The notes below the pieces were generated by a model. It was not told the origin of the DNA, made no database searches, and saw only the letters and a list, made by a program, of their open reading frames with translations. Made by a program: the position numbers and the translations under genes. A DNA stretch of 64,000 nt from Candidatus Nanohalarchaeota archaeon (GTDB lineage Archaea > Nanohalarchaeota > Nanosalinia > Nanosalinales > JAFCCC01), in assembly GCA_017610385.1 (NCBI GenBank), contig JAFCCC010000001.1, forward strand, positions 94,960-158,959. The letters run 5' to 3'. The first letter of the stretch is position 1. Each line of letters starts with the position of its first letter. Below, piece by piece: positions 29,598 to 38,596 of this stretch.

Positions 29598-31054
29598 ATT
29601 GGAAGGCTCTTTTTAAAGATTTTAGGATTTGGATACTTATCATAGCCCTATTAATTTCAATAGTTGCAATAGGACCTCATTATGTTCAAAACGGAGATAA
29701 ACTTAGTTTAGGAACTAATTTGAAATATGGATTAGACTTACAGGGGGGTTCTCGTATCTTGGTTAAACCAACAGGTAATGCAACTACAGAAGATATGGAA
29801 GCGGTGATACAAACTTTACAAACAAGGATTAGTGCGTTTGGTTTGAAAGAAGCGGTTATTAGACCAGTAACTTCTTTGAATGAGTGGTATGTTCAATTAG
29901 ATGTTGCGGATACGAACGTTTCAGAATTAAAGAAATTAATTGAAGAAGAGGGGAACTTTGAGGCCAGAATATCTATTTTAGCTAAGAATGCACAAAATCT
30001 TCTCCTTGGTCAAGAAAAATATCTGGTTTTTGCAGGAGAAGATTATCTTGATATTAACAACAACACATATGTTTTGAATGATACTTTTTCTTTAAGTTCT
30101 GGGAATCATAACATTTCCCTAAAAGTCGTTAATTTTACACAAGAGGGAGCTGTTTTATCTACTTTAGCCTTTTCTGGCGCAGATATAGAAATGGTCTTGA
30201 CTGATGTTCAGCATTCTAGAGTCTATCCGCAAGGAAGCGGCTGGAGATTTGAATTTCAAACAATCATTAAAAAAGGTGCGGCAGAGAGATTCAAAGACAT
30301 TACACAGGCTTTAGAAGTGGTTCTTTCTGGAGAAGCAAGTGGTAATGCGTATTTGAACGCCAATTTAGAATTATACTTAGATGGTAAGTTAATGGATTCT
30401 TTGAGAATCGGGTCTGAATTTAAAAAGGATATTGTAACTAGTCCCTCTATTTCAGGAGGAGCAGAAACAAAAGATGCGGCAGTAACCCAAATGAAGTACT
30501 TACGTTCTATTTTACAAAATAGATTGCCAGTTCCAATTTCAATTGTAAGTGTAAGCACGATTTCACCAGCATTAGGAAAATATTTTATTAGAATTGCTTT
30601 ACTTTCTATTTTAGCATCGATTTTGACAGTAGGAACTATTATTTTTATAAGATATAGAAAACCCAGCATTGCTATTCCAGTTATTATTACAGGTTTGTCA
30701 GAAGTTATTATCATATTTGGAATCGCAGCATTAATTAAGTGGACATTGGATCTTCCGTCTATTGCAGGTATTATTGCTGCAATAGGTACTGGAGTAGATG
30801 ATCAGATCGTTATTACAGATGAAAGAAATAAACAAGAAAAAGAAGTAAGAAGTATCAGATCAAGATTAAAAAGAGCGTTCTTTATCATCTTTACTGCATT
30901 CTTCACAACAGTTGCAGCTATGTTGCCTTTGAGTTTTGTTGGGGCAGGATCGATTAAAGGATTCGCGATTACCACAATTATTGGTGTAACAATTGGTGTT
31001 CTAATCACCAGACCAGCATATGCACGAGTTTTAGAACATTTGGATGAAAAATAA
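29594..31054 (+). CDS. secD: Protein translocase subunit SecD
   Basis: LKYGLDLQGGSR, ISPALG, LDLPSIAGIIAAIGTGVDDQI, GFAITT. Confidence 0.94.
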   Translation: MNWKALFKDFRIWILIIALLISIVAIGPHYVQNGDKLSLGTNLKYGLDLQGGSRILVKPTGNATTEDMEAVIQTLQTRISAFGLKEAVIRPVTSLNEWYVQLDVADTNVSELKKLIEEEGNFEARISILAKNAQNLLLGQEKYLVFAGEDYLDINNNTYVLNDTFSLSSGNHNISLKVVNFTQEGAVLSTLAFSGADIEMVLTDVQHSRVYPQGSGWRFEFQTIIKKGAAERFKDITQALEVVLSGEASGNAYLNANLELYLDGKLMDSLRIGSEFKKDIVTSPSISGGAETKDAAVTQMKYLRSILQNRLPVPISIVSVSTISPALGKYFIRIALLSILASILTVGTIIFIRYRKPSIAIPVIITGLSEVIIIFGIAALIKWTLDLPSIAGIIAAIGTGVDDQIVITDERNKQEKEVRSIRSRLKRAFFIIFTAFFTTVAAMLPLSFVGAGSIKGFAITTIIGVTIGVLITRPAYARVLEHLDEK

Positions 31055-31375
31055 TTAGCTCATTAGTTTTATTATTGCTTCAGCGATATCACCAGTTTCT
31101 TCTAGTGCTTTTTTAGCTTCTTCTTTAGAGCAACTAGCTTTTTCCATAATCATTTCTATGTCTTCTTCGTTGGCAAATTCTTCTTCAGAATAATTTCCTT
31201 GAAGTTGGAACATTTCTTGTCCTTTAACACCAATTTTAGTTATCTCTGGGTTAGAAAAAATGATTTTCTTGTCTTCTAATTCAATAATAACTTTTTTGGC
31301 ATTTATGCTTTCAGTCTTCATACCAAGCTGCTTCATTACTTTTTCCATATTTTTTGGATTCATTCCAGGAAACAT
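31055..31375 (-). CDS. nac: Archaeal nascent polypeptide-associated complex protein
   Basis: MNPKNMEKVMKQLGM, C-terminal UBA EEDIEMIMEKA.CSKEEAKKALEETGDIAEAI. Confidence 0.92.
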   Translation of the reverse strand: MFPGMNPKNMEKVMKQLGMKTESINAKKVIIELEDKKIIFSNPEITKIGVKGQEMFQLQGNYSEEEFANEEDIEMIMEKASCSKEEAKKALEETGDIAEAIIKLMS

Positions 31376-31410
31376 AAATCTTTTTTGAATAGGAAGATTT
31401 AAATTTGTGG

Positions 31411-31693
31411 ATGTCCGAGCGCTCGGATGCCTGCAAAATCAGGCAGCACTTTAGGCCGCACTCAATTCGTGAGGCAACCTTCACAAAAATAACCGCGAAA
31501 CCGGTTAATTGATTAACGTGATTGGGCTAACTTAACATTAAATTATATTTTCCGGTCAAGTTAATCGCCGCGGTGCGCTACACGCACTTCATTAGGCAGC
31601 CCTCACCTAACTATGCTAAAAAGTGAAGTGAGTTAACATTCAGTTAACTCGCTGTTGGTGCCAGCTGGCATTTCAGCTGTCCGACTATTCGGA
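31411..31693. repeat. Dispersed modular hairpin-rich element, copy 1
   Basis: 31411-31480 and ~31608-31680 match the reverse complement of ~51667-51810; bounded by TCCGA-N4-TCGGA palindromes at 31414-31427 and 31680-31693. Confidence 0.9.
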
Positions 31694-31728
31694 TGGAATA
31701 GGTTATAAAACTAAAAAAGAAAGATAAT

Positions 31729-34700
31729 TTGGAAATGACTGATGTTTCTCAGGAAGTTCAATTGGAAGAAAAAGTGGTTAAATCACGTAAAAAGCTTGAT
31801 ATGAGCTCTTATTTTAAATATATAGAAGATAAAACTAAAGAAGCCTATGAAATGGCCAAAAAAGCAAGAGCAAGTGGGAAGGACCCTGAAAAATACGTGG
31901 ATATTCCTAGAGCACGAGATTTAGCTGAGAAATCAGTTGGCTTGGTTACAAGTGTTTTATTTCCAGAATTAGGTGGCATTGGTATTGATGATCGGGTAAG
32001 AGAATTAGAAAAAGAATACGGTAAAAACGATGAGCGAGTGGCGTTTGTTATAGGGAAAGAAATTGCTCAAGGAAAATTTTACAAGTTTGAAACTTTAGAA
32101 AAAGCAGTTGAAGCAGGAATTAGAATTGGGTTGTCTTATTTAACCCAAGGCGTTGTAACTGCCCCATTGGAAGGAATCGGTGCAATTAAAATAAGAAAAA
32201 ATGATGATGGAACAGATTATTTGGCAGTTTATTATGCAGGTCCAATTAGAAGCGCGGGAGGAACGGCTTCTGCAATGAGTGTTCTTTTAGCAGATTATGT
32301 AAGAAAAGAAATGGGAATTGATAGATACAAACCACGTCCCGAAGAATTAGAACGGTATGGTGTAGAAGTAGAGGATTATTACACTCGAGTTACTAAAAAA
32401 CAATATACTCCCACTAGAGAAGAAGTAAAAATGATTGCTAAGAATGTTCCAATTGAAATTACTGGAACACCTACTGAAAAAATTGAGGTTTCTAATTTCA
32501 AAGACCTGGCACGTATTGAAACAAATGTTGTACGTGGAGGAATGTGTTTAGTATATTTGGATGGTTTGCCACTCAAGGCACCCAAAATTAAAAAGAGAGT
32601 TAATGCGTGGGGAAAAGATTTTGGTTTAGAACATTGGAACTGGATTAAAGACTATTTAAAATTCCAGGAAAGTTTGCATAGCGTAACTAAAGGCCAAACA
32701 GAGGTCAAATATAAACCAAACACCACATACTTACAAGATTTAGTTGCTGGTAGACCTGTATTTGCGCACCCAGGAGCTGTGGGTGGATTTAGATTAAGAT
32801 ATGGTCATTCTAGAACGTCTGGAATCGCTGCAACAAGCATGCATCCTGCCACAATGGAAATTACAAATGGGTTTATCGCAATAGGAACACAAGTTAGGAC
32901 AGAATATCCGGGAAAGGCCACAGTTCCGACTCCTTGTGATTCAATAGAACCGCCTGTAGTAAAACTAAAAAATGGGAATGTCTTGCGCGTTGAGACCCGA
33001 AAAATGGCCAAAGAAATAAATAGTGAAGTTAAAGAAATCTTAAGTTTGGGTGATACATTAATTCCTTACGGGGAATTTTTAAATAATGGAAAAAAATTGC
33101 TTCCGAGTGGGTATGTAGAAGAGTGGTGGGCTCAGGAAGTTAGAAAAGTTCTAAAAGAAAGAGAAATTCCGTCAGAGCAATTACATGGTTATATTACAAA
33201 ACCATATCCAAAACCAAGCGTTGAAATAGCATTCACAATATCTGAAAAACTTGGTGTCCCATTACATCCATATTACACTTATTGGTGGCACTATATCATT
33301 CCTGAAGAATTTATGAGACTTTATAGAGTTTTAAGAACTATGCAAGATAATAAATTGCCAAACACGCCAGGAGTAAAGGCGGTTTTGGAGAAGCTTCTAG
33401 TTTGTCATACTATTGAAAATGAACAGATTGTTTTAGAGGAAACATCTGTTAAAATATTCACAAAATTATTAGATTTAAAAAATGATCATGAAGCCCAGTT
33501 TAGTAAAAGTGAGTCGTTCTTACAAACAATGGAACAAATTTCTAATATTAAAATGAGGAACAAAGCTCCAACCTTTTTAGGTTCAAGAATGGGGCGCCCA
33601 GAAAAATCTGAAAAAAGGATGATGAAAGGCAGACCTCAATTATTATTTCCTTGTGGGAAAAAAGAGGGTGGGCGAATGAGAAATCTGATGTCAACATACG
33701 AAATTGGTTATGTAAATGAGGATTTTTTAATGAATTATTGTCCGTCATGCAACAAAAACGTGCCTTATTTTTATTGCCCATATTGCAATGGTCCTGTTGA
33801 AGAACTACGTGTATGCTCAGTTTGTGGAAAAACAACAAAAGAAAAGAAACATTGTGGAAAACCTACAAAACGTCATGGTGTTGAGCGCGTAAATGTGCGT
33901 GAATTAATGGACATTGCAAAGAAAAACTTGGGTTTTAGAGTGCTTCCGGAACTTTTAAAGTCGCCTAGGGCCACTATGTCTAAACATAATGAAGTAGAAC
34001 CAATTGAAAAGGGATTATTAAGACAAAAATATGGGTTATTTGTAAATAAAGACGGAACAATTAGATTTGATTCTACAGATCTGGCAATGACCCATTTTAA
34101 GCCAAAAGAGGTTCATGTTTCTATTGACAAATTAAAGGAATTAGGATATACAGAAGATATTAATGAAAAACCATTAACAAATGAAGAGCAGATTCTGCTT
34201 CTAAAACCTCAAGATATTGTAATTACAGATGCCAAAGAATTCTCTGCTGCAGATTACCTATATAGAATTTCTAAGTTTGTAGACGAATTATTAGTTAGTT
34301 TCTATGGACAAAAACCATTTTACAATTTTAAAAATAAATATGATGTTGTGGGTCAACTAGTGCTTGCATTGGCGCCGCATACGTCAGCTGCGATTATGGC
34401 ACGGGTTATTGGATTTACTTCTGCAAGAGGCACTTTCGGTAATCCGTATTGGCATTGTGCAAAACGAAGGAATTGTGTTCCAGGAAATACTAAAGTACTT
34501 TTTGAAAATTCAAATAGAGCATATACGAAATCTCTTGAAAGTATATATAACTCCTCTATCGCTGCAATAAACTATGAAGAAGGTGGTGTTGAGTTTAAAG
34601 AAGTCGAAAATAAGCGTGCCATTTGTTTTGATTTGAATAAAAAGCAAAAAAAGAGGAAAATATTGAAAATATTGAAAATTCCTGCGCCAGAACACAAAAT

Positions 34701-36672
34701 TAAAATTATTACTAGATCTTACAGAGAATTTGAAGCTTTTCCAAAGCATTTAATTGAAACAAGTAAAGGAAAAAAGCGATTTTTAGAATTGCGAGTTGGT
34801 GATGAACTTTTTGTTCCAGAAAAACTCTCTGTCTCTGAAGAAGAATTAAAAATAGATTTATTAACAGAATTTGAAAGTCATCCCTTAGAAAAAAGTTTGA
34901 TGGTTAGAGACGTAAAGAAGTTTATTATCTCCTTGATTGAAAAAATTGGAAACTATGAAAAAGCGGCGAAGAAGATGGGTATTAACAAAAAAACTCTTTC
35001 CAATTATATTTATAGAAACAATATTCCATTTACGATTTTGAAAAAATTATTGGATTTAACAGGAGGTTCATTGTCACAAATACCTGAAAATTGTAAAATT
35101 TCAGTAAAAAGAGACAAGGTGGTTTTGCCCAGAATATTGGGTGTTAATGAATCCTTTTTTAGACTTATTGGATATTATTTGGCAGAAGGATCTTCAAGAT
35201 GTTCTCGAAAAAAGGGTGCTGAATATTACCAGGTGGGTTTAGCATTTGCTGAAAAAGAATTGCAAGAGAATATGGAAAAAACAATTCTTAAGGCGCTAAA
35301 CATCACTGCATCTAAGGGAGCTCATGCCTTGATTATACGTTCTAGAATCGTTTATGAACTTTTCAAAAAACTAGATCTTGGAAAGAACGCTCATGAGAAA
35401 AGAATTCCGGATATGTTTAAACGTATGCCAGTAAAGGACCTTAAACCACTTCTTTCATCATATTTTGCAGGTGACGGTTCTATAGAAAAAGGTAGATTAC
35501 ACATTTCTTGTTGTTCCGTAAGTAAACAATTAATAAAAGATCTTTCATTCTGCTTAAGCCGATTTGGAATCTTTTGCAGATTTAAAAATGAGAAAAGATT
35601 TGGTGGGGGTGTTTTAGTAAAGAAAAATTCTGAAAATGCTAAAAGCGTATTTGAATCACATTCACTTCACATTAGATCAAATTATGCTGTGCAATTCGGT
35701 AAGAAAATTGGATTCGCCTTGAGAAGAAAACAAATAGAATTAGAAAAAGTTTACCCTCAGGTTAGGAACTCTAGACTCCAAAAATGTGGAAACATGATTT
35801 TAGATCCAATTAAAGAAATACAAATTAGGAAGAATAATGAGCCATTTATGTATGATATAGAAGTAGAGCAGCACCACAACTTTTTAACAGAGGACTTATT
35901 GCTTTCTCATAATTGTGATGGGGATGAAGATTCGGTGATGCTATTAGGAGATGCTTTATTGAACTTCTCTAGAACGTTCCTGCCTGACCACATAGGTGGG
36001 AGAACAATGGATGCTCCATTAATCTTGGCGACGATACTAGATCCAGAAGAAGTGGATGATGAATCATGGAATATTGATTCTGTAAGTGAATATCCTTTAG
36101 AGTTTTATGAAGCCACACTAGAATATAAAAACCCAGGTGATGTGAAAATTAAGATTGCTGAAGATTTGATTAGAGAAGGCGATCCATTTAATTTTGAATA
36201 TACTCATGAAACATCAGATATTAATGATGCACCAGTAAGATCCGCTTATGTTTCTTTGGGAGAAATGTCTGAAAAAGTTAGATCTCAGTTAGGATTAGCG
36301 ACTAAGATTAGAGCAACAAACGCATCAGAAGTTGCAGAATTGTTATTACGAAGACATTTTTTAGGGGATATTAAAGGAAATTTAAGAAAGTTTTCAAGAC
36401 AGACATTTAGATGTGTTAAGTGTAATGAAAAATATCGGAGACCACCATTAAAAGGAGTATGCTTAAAATGTGGGGGTAAACTTCTTTTAACAGTTAGCGA
36501 GGGCAACATAAAAAAATATTTAGAACCCAGCGAGCAGATTTCCAAGAACTATCATGTGTCTAATTATATGAGACAGCAAATCGCAATATTACGAGAGCGA
36601 ATTCAAAGTTTATTTGGAAAAGAAGATAAACAATTTTCATTGGGCCATTTTACAGAAAATAATTCAAAATAG
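31729..36672 (+). CDS. polC: DNA polymerase D large subunit DP2 with intein
   Basis: GVVTAPLEGI, YAGPIRSAGGTA, GRPVF, GGFRLRYG, RMGRPEK, KDGTIRFD, AKRRN/CDGDED, C-terminal Zn finger. Confidence 0.97.
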   Translation: MEMTDVSQEVQLEEKVVKSRKKLDMSSYFKYIEDKTKEAYEMAKKARASGKDPEKYVDIPRARDLAEKSVGLVTSVLFPELGGIGIDDRVRELEKEYGKNDERVAFVIGKEIAQGKFYKFETLEKAVEAGIRIGLSYLTQGVVTAPLEGIGAIKIRKNDDGTDYLAVYYAGPIRSAGGTASAMSVLLADYVRKEMGIDRYKPRPEELERYGVEVEDYYTRVTKKQYTPTREEVKMIAKNVPIEITGTPTEKIEVSNFKDLARIETNVVRGGMCLVYLDGLPLKAPKIKKRVNAWGKDFGLEHWNWIKDYLKFQESLHSVTKGQTEVKYKPNTTYLQDLVAGRPVFAHPGAVGGFRLRYGHSRTSGIAATSMHPATMEITNGFIAIGTQVRTEYPGKATVPTPCDSIEPPVVKLKNGNVLRVETRKMAKEINSEVKEILSLGDTLIPYGEFLNNGKKLLPSGYVEEWWAQEVRKVLKEREIPSEQLHGYITKPYPKPSVEIAFTISEKLGVPLHPYYTYWWHYIIPEEFMRLYRVLRTMQDNKLPNTPGVKAVLEKLLVCHTIENEQIVLEETSVKIFTKLLDLKNDHEAQFSKSESFLQTMEQISNIKMRNKAPTFLGSRMGRPEKSEKRMMKGRPQLLFPCGKKEGGRMRNLMSTYEIGYVNEDFLMNYCPSCNKNVPYFYCPYCNGPVEELRVCSVCGKTTKEKKHCGKPTKRHGVERVNVRELMDIAKKNLGFRVLPELLKSPRATMSKHNEVEPIEKGLLRQKYGLFVNKDGTIRFDSTDLAMTHFKPKEVHVSIDKLKELGYTEDINEKPLTNEEQILLLKPQDIVITDAKEFSAADYLYRISKFVDELLVSFYGQKPFYNFKNKYDVVGQLVLALAPHTSAAIMARVIGFTSARGTFGNPYWHCAKRRNCVPGNTKVLFENSNRAYTKSLESIYNSSIAAINYEEGGVEFKEVENKRAICFDLNKKQKKRKILKILKIPAPEHKIKIITRSYREFEAFPKHLIETSKGKKRFLELRVGDELFVPEKLSVSEEELKIDLLTEFESHPLEKSLMVRDVKKFIISLIEKIGNYEKAAKKMGINKKTLSNYIYRNNIPFTILKKLLDLTGGSLSQIPENCKISVKRDKVVLPRILGVNESFFRLIGYYLAEGSSRCSRKKGAEYYQVGLAFAEKELQENMEKTILKALNITASKGAHALIIRSRIVYELFKKLDLGKNAHEKRIPDMFKRMPVKDLKPLLSSYFAGDGSIEKGRLHISCCSVSKQLIKDLSFCLSRFGIFCRFKNEKRFGGGVLVKKNSENAKSVFESHSLHIRSNYAVQFGKKIGFALRRKQIELEKVYPQVRNSRLQKCGNMILDPIKEIQIRKNNEPFMYDIEVEQHHNFLTEDLLLSHNCDGDEDSVMLLGDALLNFSRTFLPDHIGGRTMDAPLILATILDPEEVDDESWNIDSVSEYPLEFYEATLEYKNPGDVKIKIAEDLIREGDPFNFEYTHETSDINDAPVRSAYVSLGEMSEKVRSQLGLATKIRATNASEVAELLLRRHFLGDIKGNLRKFSRQTFRCVKCNEKYRRPPLKGVCLKCGGKLLLTVSEGNIKKYLEPSEQISKNYHVSNYMRQQIAILRERIQSLFGKEDKQFSLGHFTENNSK
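34474..35913 (+). mobile_element. 480-aa intein with LAGLIDADG homing endonuclease in DP2
   Basis: Starts CVPGNT after KRRN, ends YDIEV...HNF...LSHN before CDGDED; LAGLIDADG blocks LIGYYLAEGS and LSSYFAGDGS. Confidence 0.93.
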
Positions 36673-36753
36673 ATGGGATTACTTTCATTTCTTAAAAGTT
36701 TAATTTCATTGTAAGAATTTACTTTTAATTTTGAGGTTTACGTATGAGTGAAA

Positions 36754-36844
36754 CTCCAATGGAAATCAAGGGGTGTGATATTCATTGCATTGCTTCACAC
36801 ATCCAATGGAAATCAAGGGGTTTCTCCAGTAGAAACAGGGGGGT
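36754..36844 (+). promoter_or_regulatory. Three ORB-like (Orc1/Cdc6-binding) boxes, candidate replication origin
   Basis: CTCCAATGGAAATCAAGGGGTGTG (36754), TCCAATGGAAATCAAGGGGT (36802), CTCCAGTAGAAACAGGGGGGT (36824) fit the TCCAnTGGAAA+G-string ORB consensus. Confidence 0.75.
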
Positions 36845-36967
36845 TTGTGAAGTTCATTTGAGTATTGTGTAATAAACATATCAAAACATATTTTGTGATT
36901 AAACCCACCGCAAAATTCAAATGACAATTCAATTATGAAGCAACCTTTACTAAACAAAATTTTCTCT

Positions 36968-37131
36968 TGAGCTTTTATCCAAAAAGCTCATTTTATTTTC
37001 GCTTAAGCCTTTTACTGAAAAGGCTTAGTGAGTTATACTCGTAACTCGCTGTTCAATTTTCGCTTAAGCCTTTTACTGAAAAGGCTTATTTGCTTAAGAT
37101 TTTTGCACGTTTACTTTTGTGCAAAAAGCTT
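36968..37131. repeat. Hairpin cluster with two 33-bp direct repeats at the 3' end of DP1; possible terminator/REP-like array
   Basis: ATTTTCGCTTAAGCCTTTTACTGAAAAGGCTTA at 36995-37027 and 37056-37088; further hairpins TGAGCTTTT..AAAAGCTCA and TTTTTGCAC..GTGCAAAAA. Confidence 0.8.
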
Positions 37132-38596
37132 AGAATGCCTTTAAAATTGCTTCACGAGTTTTAAGATTTATAAGTGCTACTTTGCCAGGATCAGGAACGT
37201 GACCAATTCTTCTTTGAAAATCAGTTTCAGCCTGAAAGGTGCTAGCACAAATTAAATTAATTCCCTTGTAGTTGGAATATGCAAAACTATGCAAGTGACC
37301 TAATGAGAAAATATCTGGAATTTTGTTAATTGTCAAGTAATCTTTATCTTCTGGTGCGATTAGTGTTGAACGGGTTCCATAAATAGGCGCCAAGTGTCTT
37401 CTCCGTAATAAATCAACCATTACTTTTGTAGGATTCTCTTCAGCTTGTTTTCTTACTTCTGGAAGTGCATCAATATGGCCGTGATAATAATAACCATGAT
37501 TTAATAAGACAGAAATTGGAGTGCCACCCATACCATGAAGATTCACATAACATGGATTTGGAGCTAAGTGAACATTATTTAATTGCGATAATTCAGGAAT
37601 ATATTTTTTAGGAATTGGTGGTTGTGGTTCTGCCATTCTTACAACATCATGATCTCCTGGAAGCAAAACAATCTGAATGTTTTCTGGAATACTTGAAACA
37701 AAATTAGATAAATCATCATATTGCCTATAAATATCCTTATATTTAAGATTCTTATCTTGTCCAGGATATTTACCAACACCGTCAACTAAGTCCCCAGTCA
37801 CGCAAATATATAGAACTTTTTCTGCAATTTTGTGGTTGGAATTAATCCACGTTAAAAACTTTTTTAACTTCTTAGTTAAAATTTGCTTACTACCAAAATG
37901 TAAATCAGAAATAAATGCAGCATAAACTTCATCTTTTGTTGCATTAATGTGTGATGGAAGTGGAATTTCTGGCCACAAAACATCTCTGGCAAAAATGATT
38001 CCGTCGCCTGGTTTACCAATAAATCCAATAACATCATCTTCACAAATTCTATCGCCGTATTTTGGTGAACAATAAACCTTAATTGTACCAGTAATATCTT
38101 CAACTGTTAAAATGTATTTTTCCTTTCTTGTTTTGTAAATTTTATCAACCATGGCAATAATAGTTACTTCTTTTTGATTCGAATTCACATTCGCAATAGA
38201 AATGGCGTTTTTTAATTCTCTTCGTTTTAATAAAAGGGTTTTCATTTGATCAAATCGGTCATTAAATTGTTTAACAAAAAGAGCAACATCACGCTTTTTC
38301 GGTGTTGAAACATATGGATTTTCAAATTCCACTTTACCTTCTAAAGTCCGTTTTGTGCGAGCGATGATCTTGAACTCCGAGCGCTCGGACTCGCTGTTTG
38401 TTTTGTTTTGAAGTTGCTCTAAAGAAATATTATGCAGATTTTGCACTAATTCAGAATTAATTAAAAGTGGTTTAACAGAAAGCTCTTTTATCTTAAAAAG
38501 ATCTTCTTCCTTCATCAAGCTTAATGCGTCTTTTTCAACTAAACATCCAAGATTAGTTAACTCTAAAACTATTTCTTGTGGTTTCATTTCAATCAA
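37130..38596 (-). CDS. polB: DNA polymerase D small subunit DP1 (proofreading phosphoesterase)
   Basis: OB fold, FISDLHFGS, GDLVDGVG.YPGQ, PGDHD, LLRRRHLAPIYG, GHLH, FQAETDFQ; overlaps the end of cdc6. Confidence 0.93.
   Translation of the reverse strand: MIEMKPQEIVLELTNLGCLVEKDALSLMKEEDLFKIKELSVKPLLINSELVQNLHNISLEQLQNKTNSESERSEFKIIARTKRTLEGKVEFENPYVSTPKKRDVALFVKQFNDRFDQMKTLLLKRRELKNAISIANVNSNQKEVTIIAMVDKIYKTRKEKYILTVEDITGTIKVYCSPKYGDRICEDDVIGFIGKPGDGIIFARDVLWPEIPLPSHINATKDEVYAAFISDLHFGSKQILTKKLKKFLTWINSNHKIAEKVLYICVTGDLVDGVGKYPGQDKNLKYKDIYRQYDDLSNFVSSIPENIQIVLLPGDHDVVRMAEPQPPIPKKYIPELSQLNNVHLAPNPCYVNLHGMGGTPISVLLNHGYYYHGHIDALPEVRKQAEENPTKVMVDLLRRRHLAPIYGTRSTLIAPEDKDYLTINKIPDIFSLGHLHSFAYSNYKGINLICASTFQAETDFQRRIGHVPDPGKVALINLKTREAILKAF
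38376..38389. repeat. TCCGAGCGCTCGGA palindrome inside DP1 coding sequence
   Basis: Exact 14-bp copy; encodes part of SESERSE in the DP1 linker. Confidence 0.85.

Noticed and set aside
31411-31693. RNase P RNA, SRP RNA or group II intron
   Set aside because: No RNase P or SRP conserved motifs and no group II domain V found; the element is multi-copy and modular
36766-36957. 63-aa ORF between DP2 and DP1
   Set aside because: Overlaps the ORB boxes and has no protein-like features
36995-37088. CRISPR array (33-bp repeat, 28-bp spacer, repeat)
   Set aside because: Only two repeats, no cas genes in the window, and the spacer is itself part of a dispersed repeat
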